NCBI GenBank assembly: GCA_050633305.1
Contig: JBOEGF010000011.1
Coordinates: 315,317 to 370,467 of the forward strand
DNA: 55,151 bases
From: Nannocystales bacterium
GTDB taxonomy: Bacteria; Myxococcota_A; Polyangia; Nannocystales; Nannocystaceae
Direction of reading: 5' to 3'
Below the pieces are notes generated by a model, which did not search any database, was not told the origin of the DNA, and saw nothing but the letters and a program-made list of their open reading frames with translations. Both the position numbers and the translations under genes were made by a program. This document shows positions 39,954 through 48,728 of this stretch, one piece after another; positions within the stretch are counted from its first letter, which is position 1; each line of letters opens with the position of its first letter.

Positions 39954-42900
39954 CTAGGGTTGCGCGACGGCGGATGGGGACGCCTCGGGATCGAGGGTCT
40001 CTGCACGCCAACCCTCGATCGCATCGCGCAGCGGCTTGCCGGGCTCGAAGTCGGCGATCGAGGCGACGGCGGTCTCCGACATCTCGCGTGCCGCCTCGGT
40101 GTCACTGGGCGCCAGGGCTCGGGCGAGCGCGAACTGGAACTCGGCGCGCTGCATCGGGTGGGTCTTGGGGGTGTCGAGGATCTCGAGCCCTTCTCTGAGC
40201 AAGGCAGCCGCGTCTTCGAATCGACCGGTGCTCGCGTAGGCGTCCGCCAGGGGCAGACGAGGGTCCGCCCGCCGGGGATGCTGGCCTTCGAACGAGGCGT
40301 CCACGATCCGTAACGCCCATTCTCCGTGCTTGGTCGCCTCCTGTACCTTGCCGAGGCGAAGCTGGGTCTTGTTGAGGTCGACCAGCGCCTCGACGAGCTG
40401 AGGGCCGTCGTTGCCGTGGTTGTGCTCGTGTACCGCGAGGCCAGCGAGCAGGTCTCGTTCCCCATCTTTGGGGTCCAAGAGGTGTCCTTCGATGCCGCCG
40501 ATGTCCGAGAGCAGCTGTCCGCGCATGGGGTGATTGGGCCCGGACGCGTTTTCCACGATCGCGGCTGCCCTGCGGAGCGACGCGACCGCCTTGACTCCGT
40601 CGTGAGCGTCGGCGTGCAGCAGGCCAAGGTTGGCGTAGCGCCCGGCGACTTCGAGCGGCTCGACGTTGGGGAGCCCCTCGATCAGTTCCAGGGCTTGGGT
40701 GTGGTTGTTCAGGGCGCACTCCACGTCTCCGACGCCTCGGCACGCGGACCCCAGTGTGCTTCGCACGGCTTCTTCGGTGCGGGCAGCCAGCGGCTCTCCT
40801 TCAAGGAGGCCACGGGTGAGCTCCATGGCCCGCTCGTGGTCGTCGCCTCGGTAGGCGATGGCAGCCTGGGTGGTGATGAAGCTGACCTCGAGGTCGCGGT
40901 GTGCGTCCTGTTCTCGGACCCGGTCCGTCAGCGCCAGGCCGAGGTCGGCTCCGGCTTGGGCGGCTGCGAGGTCTCCGGACTCGAGGTCGATTTCGGCTCG
41001 TCGCAGCAGGAGGACGGGCAGGAGTCTTCGGTCGGGGGTGCGCGCGGCGGGAGGCAATCCGGCGGCGTAGTGGGTCCGAGCGCCCTCTGTGTTCCCTTTT
41101 CGCTGTTCCGCGTAGCCGAGCCACAGGTGGCCATGCGCGGTCGCGGAGGCGAGCGCATTGTTTGTGCCGATCTTCAGCAGCGCCTGTGCATCCTCCTGCC
41201 AGTGTTGGGGCGGCTTGGTGCTCGACAGCGCCAGACGTGCCATGAGGCGGCTCGCCTCGGTCCACTGCGCCTCGGCGATGAGGCTCGATTCTCCGGAGAC
41301 TTCGTAGGCGGACGCTTCGACCATCAGTTCCGCGACTTGGTCACAGCGCGCGAGGGTGGGTAGGGCGCCGTCCAGAGCGTCGAGCGTGTCCGCGCTGGGA
41401 GCGTGGGTCAGCGCATCTGCGGCGGCATCCAGGCGGGCCCGCATGCGGTCCAGGCACGCGGTCCTCAGCTGCAGCACCTGGTCGGACTGTTCGCCAGACA
41501 CCCGGGTGGCCTCGCAGGACTCCACACGTTGTTCCGTCCATTCGGCCGCGAAGGCATCCAGGCGAGCCGCGGGCCCGCTGGGCAGCGCGGCATCGGCGAG
41601 CGAGCGTTCGACTTCGTCGCGTCGCGCGTCGCTCCAAACCGAGTCGATGTCGGTGTGGGCTGCCTCGCACGGTTGCTCGTCGAGGGCGACCGCCGCCTGA
41701 GCGCCGAATCCGACCCCGAGCACGGCCAGCAGGGCGCCCCCGGCGAGCACCCGGTTTCGGGTCTGTGCGCGCAGGGCTGCCTCGAGTCGGTCGGCGAGCT
41801 GCCCCATCGAGGCGTGACGCTGGTCGGCCTCGGGGGTGAGGCCTTGGAGGACCGTCTGAACGACCGCTTTCGGCACGCCATGTTTGGAAGGCAGAGGCTG
41901 CCGGTCGTTCTCGATCACCGCGACGGCCAGTTCGGTGACCGAGTCCCCCTTGAACGGTCGGTGTCCGAACAGCGCCTCGTACAGGGAAGCGCAGAATCCG
42001 AACTGATCCGAGGCGCCGGTCACGTCGACGCCGACGAACTGCTCGGGGGCCATGTACGCGGGGGTTCCGCAGACTTCACCGGTGCTGGCCATCGCGTCGG
42101 ATGAGCGCAGCGCCAGGGCGCGGGAGGAGGACGAGCTTCCATCGTCGAGCATCTTCGCGGCATCGCGGACTGACCATCCCTCGGTCGGCCGCGCCAGCCC
42201 GAAGTCGGCGACGCGGGGCCGTCCGTCTGCGCCCATCAAGACGTTGTCTGGTTTGAAGTCGCGATGCACCAAGTCCGCCTCATGCGCGGCGTTCAGGCCT
42301 CGGGCGATCTGCACGAAGAGCGCGGCGATTTCCCTCCAGTCGTGCTCACGCTTCATCCATTGCGTCAGCGTTTCTCCCTCGACGAACTCCATTGCCAAGA
42401 AGACGTCGTCCCCTTGATGCCCGACGTCGTACACCGTGACCACGTTCGGATGCCCGAGGGCTGCCGCCGCTCGGGCCTCTCGCTCCAGGCGGACCTGGGC
42501 TTCGCCCATCTCGGAGCCGAGCGAGGAGGTGTCGACCAGCTTCAGGGCGACCTTTCGATCCAGCTTGGGATCGTAGGCGAGGTAGACGATGCCCATCGCG
42601 CCCTGGCCGAGTTTGCGGAGGACGATGAAGCGCCCGATCTTGACCGACTCGGGTTCCACACCCAACATCCGCTCTTGAAGGCGGGCGAGCGCGAGGTTTC
42701 GATCGACCCCGTCGGGTGCTTCTGGGCGTCCCGACCCGCGTAGCGCGGCCGGGGTTCTCGACTCATCCGCCGAGGCGGACAGTGACGACGACACGGCCGA
42801 ACCGCGGAACACGGTGCCCGTCGCAGACGCTTCTTCCGCGAGAAGACAGGACGCGGGGAGGATGTCGCGGGTGGCGTCCGGATCCTCGCTCCGGACGGAC

Positions 42901-43301
42901 GCGGCGAACGCGAGGCCGTCGATCGTCTCCGCGGTTGCAGCGGGTCCGGGCGGGATCGGCGGCTTCGGAGCGCGCAGCGTCGCGGTCACGCTGGGCCGCT
43001 TTGAGGGGGCGATCGTGTCGATGAGGCTGGGGCGCCTATCGAGATGCGTGTCGAGCGGGCGGCAAACTGGCGCCGACGCTCCGAGCTCCGGCGTTGGCGA
43101 TCCGCGTCGAACCGTGTCGGTGGCCCTCGGTGGTGTTGCTCGGGGAGCAGCCGGAGCTTGCGGGGCTTGGAACAGATCCGAGAGCTCCTGCGGCGTCGCA
43201 GCGAGGGTTTCGGTTGTGCTCGCGGGGGCGCTGCGCATCGTCTGGATGGGCGGTGATGTGGCGCCCTCCGTGGTGGCTGCGGTCTCGCTCTCTTGTCCCA
43301 T
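39954..43301 (-). CDS. Membrane Ser/Thr protein kinase with C-terminal TPRs
   Basis: LGQGAMG, VALK, HRDFKPDN, DFGLA, GTPAYMAPE, one TM helix and TPR repeats. Confidence 0.93.
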   Translation of the reverse strand: MGQESETAATTEGATSPPIQTMRSAPASTTETLAATPQELSDLFQAPQAPAAPRATPPRATDTVRRGSPTPELGASAPVCRPLDTHLDRRPSLIDTIAPSKRPSVTATLRAPKPPIPPGPAATAETIDGLAFAASVRSEDPDATRDILPASCLLAEEASATGTVFRGSAVSSSLSASADESRTPAALRGSGRPEAPDGVDRNLALARLQERMLGVEPESVKIGRFIVLRKLGQGAMGIVYLAYDPKLDRKVALKLVDTSSLGSEMGEAQVRLEREARAAAALGHPNVVTVYDVGHQGDDVFLAMEFVEGETLTQWMKREHDWREIAALFVQIARGLNAAHEADLVHRDFKPDNVLMGADGRPRVADFGLARPTEGWSVRDAAKMLDDGSSSSSRALALRSSDAMASTGEVCGTPAYMAPEQFVGVDVTGASDQFGFCASLYEALFGHRPFKGDSVTELAVAVIENDRQPLPSKHGVPKAVVQTVLQGLTPEADQRHASMGQLADRLEAALRAQTRNRVLAGGALLAVLGVGFGAQAAVALDEQPCEAAHTDIDSVWSDARRDEVERSLADAALPSGPAARLDAFAAEWTEQRVESCEATRVSGEQSDQVLQLRTACLDRMRARLDAAADALTHAPSADTLDALDGALPTLARCDQVAELMVEASAYEVSGESSLIAEAQWTEASRLMARLALSSTKPPQHWQEDAQALLKIGTNNALASATAHGHLWLGYAEQRKGNTEGARTHYAAGLPPAARTPDRRLLPVLLLRRAEIDLESGDLAAAQAGADLGLALTDRVREQDAHRDLEVSFITTQAAIAYRGDDHERAMELTRGLLEGEPLAARTEEAVRSTLGSACRGVGDVECALNNHTQALELIEGLPNVEPLEVAGRYANLGLLHADAHDGVKAVASLRRAAAIVENASGPNHPMRGQLLSDIGGIEGHLLDPKDGERDLLAGLAVHEHNHGNDGPQLVEALVDLNKTQLRLGKVQEATKHGEWALRIVDASFEGQHPRRADPRLPLADAYASTGRFEDAAALLREGLEILDTPKTHPMQRAEFQFALARALAPSDTEAAREMSETAVASIADFEPGKPLRDAIEGWRAETLDPEASPSAVAQP

Positions 43302-43388
43302 GTCGATCTCCGTGGCTGACCCCGTAGGGTCTCATGGTCAAGGCTTCGGGGTTCTCACCGCAGTCGTCGCGGCGAGGCCGAAGCCTTG

Positions 43389-43418
43389 AAAAAGGGGGCC
43401 GCTGAATCCTTCGGCGGC
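43389..43418 (-). terminator. Putative intrinsic terminator of the 43463..44113 gene
   Basis: Minus strand GCCGCCGAA-GGA-TTCAGCGGC followed by CCCCTTTTT. Confidence 0.5.
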
Positions 43419-43462
43419 TGAACAATGAACTTGGCGAGTGCGGACGAGTCGCCAGCGTACGG

Positions 43463-44113
43463 TCAGCCCGCCGTACAGGCGCACAGGCAGAAACCTGTGA
43501 CGTGGACATCGCTGACCCAGTTGAGCCCGTTGGGTCCCTCTTCGAGGTGCGGGGGCGTCATGACGAGCGTGATGCCCTCGCCGCTCTGGAAGACCCACTC
43601 TTTCTCGCCGAACCAGGGTTCGGACAGCGCGCCCTCGGCTCCAGGGGGCAGGGCACCCGAGCACTCGATGGTTCCATCCTCCAGCTGCTTGCACTCCGGG
43701 TCACACAGGACGACGTCATCCATGACGAGACCCTGTTGGGCACACGTGTCCTTGCAGCTTTCCACGAGCTGCTGGGGCTCGGAGTCGCCGCACGCGGTCT
43801 GGATGAAGAACTGACCCGTCGACACGGCTTCAAAACGCAGTTGGTCGAGCACCTCGAGCGTTTGCTGATTCGAGAACGAGGCCGGGTCGGCCTTCATCGT
43901 GAGGGTGAACCCGTCGTCGGTCTTCACCGACTTCGCGTCGTCGTTGGACGTGGAGGCCTTGTAGCTGGAGCTGGAGCTGGAGCTGTAGCTCGAGTAGCAG
44001 TACTTGCCGTACCGATCAGAGATCCCTCCATCCCCTGCGTCTTCCACGCCGTTGTAGCAGCCGCCGAAGATCATCGCCCCGAGCCCCAGAAGAAGTGTCG
44101 CTTTTTTACCCAT
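43463..44113 (-). CDS. Hypothetical Cys-rich lipoprotein
   Basis: Signal/lipobox MGKKATLLLGLGAMIFGGC, poly-Ser tract, several Cys and terminal CLCAC. Confidence 0.8.
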   Translation of the reverse strand: MGKKATLLLGLGAMIFGGCYNGVEDAGDGGISDRYGKYCYSSYSSSSSSSYKASTSNDDAKSVKTDDGFTLTMKADPASFSNQQTLEVLDQLRFEAVSTGQFFIQTACGDSEPQQLVESCKDTCAQQGLVMDDVVLCDPECKQLEDGTIECSGALPPGAEGALSEPWFGEKEWVFQSGEGITLVMTPPHLEEGPNGLNWVSDVHVTGFCLCACTAG

Positions 44114-44315
44114 CGTCCCGTGTGTCCCGTCGTCCCAAAGGTTGCTTGCCGTCGCAGGGGTCATCCGCGTCCCCCCCGGTCGCAGGTGTTAGAGCCCCGA
44201 CAGCGGCATCGGATCACGAAAAACTGCCCGAGGGCTCATTTCGGTGTGTGCATGTCCCCACGGGTGAACGCGCCGCCTATCAGGATTTCCCCGGCAAAGA
44301 AGGTGCAACTTGTCT

Positions 44316-44344
44316 TTGACGTATCGGATCCGCTCCGCTATGTT
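44316..44344 (+). promoter_or_regulatory. Primary-sigma promoter of the tRNA operon
   Basis: TTGACG-N17-TATGTT followed by a GC-rich discriminator (CGCGGCC) just upstream of tRNA-Pro. Confidence 0.75.
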
Positions 44345-44355
44345 CGCGGCCGCTT

Positions 44356-44430
44356 CGGGGTGTGGCGCAGTTTGGCTAGCGCGCCTGTTTTGGGTACAGG
44401 AAGCCGGAGGTTCGAATCCTCTCACCCCGA
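44356..44430 (+). tRNA. tRNA-Pro(TGG)
   Basis: Acceptor CGGGGTG/CACCCCG, anticodon arm CCTGT-ttTGGgt-ACAGG, T-loop GGTTCGAATCC. CCA not encoded. Confidence 0.96.
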
Positions 44431-44487
44431 CTCGAACCCGCATCGTCTTCAACCTCTGTTGCTGGCGATGCGGGTTCGAACTTTTCT

Positions 44488-44561
<74 letters not shown>

Positions 44562-44562
44562 C

Positions 44563-44587
44563 TTGGCCCCACCGGTGGTGGGGCCAA
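44563..44587 (+). terminator. Hairpin after tRNA-Arg (terminator or processing stem)
   Basis: TTGGCCCCACC-GGT-GGTGGGGCCAA is a perfect 11-bp stem; the U-tract is weak. Confidence 0.55.
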
Positions 44588-44717
44588 CCTTATGTCCGGC
44601 GAAGTCTCCCATGTGTGGAGCCCGGCCTTCACGACGGCGCGGACCCGAGGCCGGTGGCCTGCGCGATGGCAGCCCCGGGCAGCCCCCCGCGACTGTGAAT
44701 TGCCCTACGATTCGGGG

Positions 44718-45773
44718 GTGGGCCGAGCGTGGGTGAAGGGGGGCGGGGCCGTGGCTCTGCTGGGTCTCGGATACGTCCTCTTCGCGCCGGTCGACGCTGA
44801 GCCGGCCGCCTGGGACCCACCACCATTGGGCGACCTTGGAGAGCCCGCCGCGGTGTCGGTGGCGGTTCACGCCGAGGGCCTCGGCGTGGGTCCGGAGGAT
44901 GTGGCGGTCGACGGGGAAGGGCGCGTCTACACCGGGGTCGAGGACGGACGCATCGTCCGCTTCGCACCCCCGCAGGGGGAGCCGGAGGTCTTCGCGTCGT
45001 TGTCGGGCGGTCGTCCGCTGGGGATGGAGTTCGATGCCGCGGGGCGCCTGATCGTGGCAGACGGCCGCGCGGGGATCGTGGCGGTGGAACGCGACGGAAC
45101 GGTCAGCACGCTCGTCTCCGAGGTCGACGGCGTACCCTTGGTGTTCGCGGACGACGTCGACATCGCCCCGGACGGCACGATCTGGTTTTCGGAGGCCTCG
45201 ACACGATGGAGCGTGTCCGAGTCGACGCTCGACGCCATCGAAGGGGTCCCGACCGGACGCCTGATCTCCTTTCACCCGGAGCACGGCGAGCCGACGGTTC
45301 ATCTGCGCGACCTTCGGTACGCCAACGGTGTGGCGGTGACCCCGGACGGGCAAGCTGTGCTCGTCACAGAGACACTCGGCTACCGCGTCACGCGGCTTTG
45401 GATCGACGGCCCCCAGCGTGGCGAAGTGGACCGATTCGTCGAAGGCCTGCCGGGGATGCCCGACAACGTGCAGACCGATGAGGATGGCCGGGTGTGGGTC
45501 GCCCTGGTCAAGGAGCGCAGCAGCCTCTTGGATGCCCTCTACCCACGGCCATGGGTCCGCAAGATCATGTTTCGAGTGCCGCACGCCTGGCTGCCGGTTC
45601 CGCCGCCCATCGTGTGGTTCGCGGTCTACAGCCCCGACGGGACTCGGTTGCGTTCATTTCGTACAGACGAAGGTTTTGGCGATGTGACGAGCGTGACGCC
45701 ACACGGGGCCGACCTCTGGCTGGGAAGCCTGTCGATGCAGGCGGTCGGTCACCTTCCGCGGCCGACGTTGTAA
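44718..45773 (+). CDS. SMP-30/gluconolactonase/strictosidine synthase family beta-propeller
   Basis: GPEDVA, GRPLGM.F, F.DD.DI..DG, ANGVA and LPG.PDN, with an N-terminal TM helix. Confidence 0.9.
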   Translation: MGRAWVKGGGAVALLGLGYVLFAPVDAEPAAWDPPPLGDLGEPAAVSVAVHAEGLGVGPEDVAVDGEGRVYTGVEDGRIVRFAPPQGEPEVFASLSGGRPLGMEFDAAGRLIVADGRAGIVAVERDGTVSTLVSEVDGVPLVFADDVDIAPDGTIWFSEASTRWSVSESTLDAIEGVPTGRLISFHPEHGEPTVHLRDLRYANGVAVTPDGQAVLVTETLGYRVTRLWIDGPQRGEVDRFVEGLPGMPDNVQTDEDGRVWVALVKERSSLLDALYPRPWVRKIMFRVPHAWLPVPPPIVWFAVYSPDGTRLRSFRTDEGFGDVTSVTPHGADLWLGSLSMQAVGHLPRPTL

Positions 45774-45832
45774 GGCCCGACCGCCCCGCGTCGAGTGTGA
45801 CCCACTCGCGGAGGGCGGCGTTGGCCCCACAC

Positions 45833-46189
45833 TCATACTTTGATGGCGAGTGCGGCGTTGGCCATGATGTGGCGAGCCATGCCCAGGTTTCCTTGCTTTC
45901 GGTCGATCGCGAGGTAGAGAAACAGGGTCTTGCCGATCGGTCGGATGAGGTGCAGCTGGGAGGTGAGCGTGATGAGGATGTCCTCGATTCCGCCGTCGAT
46001 CTCCAGCTGGTCCATGACCCGAAGTTTGGCCCGGACCACGTCGGTGTTGCCGGCCGCTGCCACTTCGAGGTTGAGGCCGTTGCCCACAGTGCCCAGTGCC
46101 ATGCCGCTTTCATGGTCGACGAGTGCTGCGCCCAGGAAGCCTGTGATGTCGGACTCGAGTTTCTTGAGAGTGTCTTGTACGTTTTGCAT
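45833..46189 (-). CDS. Roadblock/LC7-like protein
   Basis: GFLGAALVD.ESGM.L, AAAGNT.VVRAK, IEDILITL..Q.H.IRP and NL.MAR, with SD GGAG. Confidence 0.85.
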   Translation of the reverse strand: MQNVQDTLKKLESDITGFLGAALVDHESGMALGTVGNGLNLEVAAAGNTDVVRAKLRVMDQLEIDGGIEDILITLTSQLHLIRPIGKTLFLYLAIDRKQGNLGMARHIMANAALAIKV

Positions 46190-46249
46190 GTCTATCTCCG
46201 CTGATTGAGTGGTGAGAAAAGTGGCTGGCTGGCTCCGTTGGGGGGCGCA

Positions 46250-47059
46250 TCAGCCGGGTGTTTCGTCGCGCGAGTCCGCGTGACGCAAGAGGCTGTCGAC
46301 GATCTCCGTCGCCGCAGGACCAAAGAGGTGTTCGAGGGCTTGTTTGCGTAGCGTTTGAGCCTGCTGGAGCTGCGCAGCGGCAGCGGCCAGATCCGATGCC
46401 CCCTGGTCCCTGAGCGCGGAGACCTCGGCCTCGTAATCGCGCGAACGGGTTTTTTCTTGAGCGAGGTCGGCGTGGGCGGCGACGAGTCGCTTCGCACGCT
46501 CGGCGGCTTGGGCCGCGGTGCGCTCGAGCTCGGCCTCGGCCGCTTTGCGCATCGTTCGCTCTTGGTCGAGTTGTTCCTGTTGGAACTGAAGCTGCTTGCG
46601 AACCCGGCGGGCCTGCTCTCGAAGAGGCCCGAGCTGGGTTTGCAGTCCCGAGTGGGCGGCTTCGACGGCGTCGGCGCGGGTGCGTTGCTGAGCCGCGTCT
46701 CGTTCGACGACGTCGAGTCGCTGCTGGAGCTCGAGTGCTCGAGTCGACGCCTGTTCGGCGGCAGCGCGGGCGGCCCGAAGCGATCTCTCCCCGGTCTGTA
46801 GTGCCGCTGTCAGCTCCTGCAGCTGGTTGGGGTCCTCGTGCCCCTCGCTCCCCTCCACCAGCGCTTCCAGTTGCCGCAGGCGATGGGCTTGGCGTCCGTT
46901 GATGTCGGTGAGTTGGGCGTTACGCGCGAGGGCCTCCTCCAGGCGCGTGACGACGTCGCCTTGCGCTGCGGGCGAGGCGGCTGGGTCTGTTCCGAGCGCC
47001 TCTTCCCGACGTCGGCCGCCGACCCATCGGCGGAGCCATCCATCATCGCTGTCGGTCAT
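46250..47059 (-). CDS. Coiled-coil protein with N-terminal amphipathic helix
   Basis: Starts MTDSDDGWLRRWVGG with an ATGA overlap; long Q/E/A/R heptad region. Confidence 0.75.
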   Translation of the reverse strand: MTDSDDGWLRRWVGGRRREEALGTDPAASPAAQGDVVTRLEEALARNAQLTDINGRQAHRLRQLEALVEGSEGHEDPNQLQELTAALQTGERSLRAARAAAEQASTRALELQQRLDVVERDAAQQRTRADAVEAAHSGLQTQLGPLREQARRVRKQLQFQQEQLDQERTMRKAAEAELERTAAQAAERAKRLVAAHADLAQEKTRSRDYEAEVSALRDQGASDLAAAAAQLQQAQTLRKQALEHLFGPAATEIVDSLLRHADSRDETPG

Positions 47060-47478
47060 GATGGGTCCTTGGGGGTCTGTGGCTCCTGTTGAAGCTCGAT
47101 CCACTGACGGACCCGGACAATCGCCATTCCGGCCGAGGCCGGGTCTTGGAGCACCACGGCGGTTTGGGTCTCGTCTGCAATGCCGACCACGAGGAGTCGC
47201 TGGTCGTGAACCGTGACCATCACGCGCGGTTGGCCGAGGTCCAGCTCTTGGGCGATTCGTCCAGCCAGCGATGTCTGTAGTTGGGCCCAGGACGCCGCTG
47301 TCGGACGTTGGGGCGTGGACTCTCGGTGAAAGAAGCGTTCGGGGTAGCGGCTCGATGCGCTGGTCCACGCGAACTCGATGCCCGGCAGCTCTTGCAGCGC
47401 GGTCCAGCCGGGAGGATCTCCATCCTCGGAGTCCGTCGGCCCGGAGGAGAGGGGCGTCTTGTTGGCGGTTGTAGGCAT
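47056..47478 (-). CDS. Divergent roadblock/LC7-like protein
   Basis: L.ELPGI..A...AA......IAQEL.LG......V......LVV......AVV.....AGM pattern, consistent with the roadblock fold. Confidence 0.6.
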   Translation of the reverse strand: MPTTANKTPLSSGPTDSEDGDPPGWTALQELPGIEFAWTSASSRYPERFFHRESTPQRPTAASWAQLQTSLAGRIAQELDLGQPRVMVTVHDQRLLVVGIADETQTAVVLQDPASAGMAIVRVRQWIELQQEPQTPKDPS

Positions 47479-47502
47479 CAGTGGAGCGAAAGAGGCCTGG
47501 CG

Positions 47503-48312
47503 TCACGGCTTGAACTCGGCGGCGGCGGTCGAGACCACGCGGCGAGCCATCGCGAGGTTACCCTCGGTCCGGTCCAGAACAACGCAGAGGAAGCGCGCAT
47601 CATCCACAGGTCGGAGGATGCAGAACCAGTGGTCCAGGCTAATCAGGATGTCCTCGAGCGTGCCCGCGAGGTCAAGCTGTTCGAGGAGCCGCATTTTCGC
47701 CTGGAGGAGCCCCTGGCTGCCCGACACGGCCAGTCGCGTGTTGTCGGGACTGCCCAGGGCACGCAGCGTCGTACCGTTGGCCTGGTCGACCAACGCGGCC
47801 GCGAGAAACCCGGCGACGCCCCGCTCGATGCTCGAGAGGCATTGGTGGCCTGCCGCGGAGCCGCTCGAGCTGGTCCCGAAGCTGGGCGTCAAAGGAGCGG
47901 CGGGCGTCTTTTCCGGAGTGTCCGCTGGCGCCGGACCGGAGCAGACGGGAGCCAACTCGGTGTTGGTCCTGCGACGTCGGACGGCCGCGGGGCGGCTCGT
48001 GAGTGCCGCGATGCGCTCGTCGTATTTGCCGTCGCGGAGCGAGATGCACATCTCACGATGCGAGTGCCGCATCAGCACTTGAATCTGGCCTCGGGAGTGG
48101 CGGTGGGCCCGGTACTCCGTCTTGCGTGAGGCGATCACCGTCCCGGCGAAGAAAATGTGCGAGTGGATGTGGCCGTGCGGTCCGCCGGAGTCTTCTGTCT
48201 GGACGTGGAACAATCGTCCCTGGTGACGGAAGTTGTGGTTGTACCCGAACTGGAGCTCCTGGCCGGCCGGCGGGCCTTCCACGGATGAGGTGCTCTCTTG
48301 AACGGTGGTCAT
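47503..48312 (-). CDS. RomY N-terminal-like domain fused to a roadblock/LC7-like domain
   Basis: N-terminal GYNHNFRHQGRLFHVQTEDSG..H.HSH.F..G..IAS.KT.Y...LM..SH.EM...L..G.YD; the C-terminal domain is paralogous to 45833..46189. Confidence 0.75.
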   Translation of the reverse strand: MTTVQESTSSVEGPPAGQELQFGYNHNFRHQGRLFHVQTEDSGGPHGHIHSHIFFAGTVIASRKTEYRAHRHSRGQIQVLMRHSHREMCISLRDGKYDERIAALTSRPAAVRRRRTNTELAPVCSGPAPADTPEKTPAAPLTPSFGTSSSGSAAGHQCLSSIERGVAGFLAAALVDQANGTTLRALGSPDNTRLAVSGSQGLLQAKMRLLEQLDLAGTLEDILISLDHWFCILRPVDDARFLCVVLDRTEGNLAMARRVVSTAAAEFKP

Positions 48313-48728
48313 GAATGCCCCTTGCATAGCCGGACTTGGCGGATACGCTATCGTGCAGTTCGCAGGTCTGCGAGCTGCGCGTCGCACATATACTCCTGTG
48401 CGACCCTGTACAGCGTTGTTCTACAGGTGTGTTCCGGCGGGCCGGTCATGTGGCCAACCGCCCAAGAAAGGTAGTGGACACGCAATCTTGCCGTCAAGCG
48501 GGTTCAGCGATTCCGTGCTGAACTGCCGGATTCCGCGCCGTATGGTCTGTTTTGCAGCTCACAGATTCCACCGCCGACATAGCTGCGGCGGGGCCGTGGT
48601 TGGTTCTGAACGGCGTTTCCTGGATTTGCTCCAGATTTGTCGGTGTGGCTGGATGTACGGCGAGCGCTCACGCTGGGATGGCGAGGCGGCCGTTCGGTTG
48701 GTGCTGCGCACGGGAGGCTGCTGGCAGA

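Noticed and set aside
43964..43991. GCTGGA tandem hexamer repeat
   Set aside because: It only encodes the poly-Ser tract of a lipoprotein; in-frame and too short to suggest phase variation or CRISPR.
44466..44480. GGTTCGAA T-loop-like motif in the tRNA spacer suggesting a third tRNA
   Set aside because: The spacer is only 57 nt and folds as a single hairpin, not a cloverleaf.
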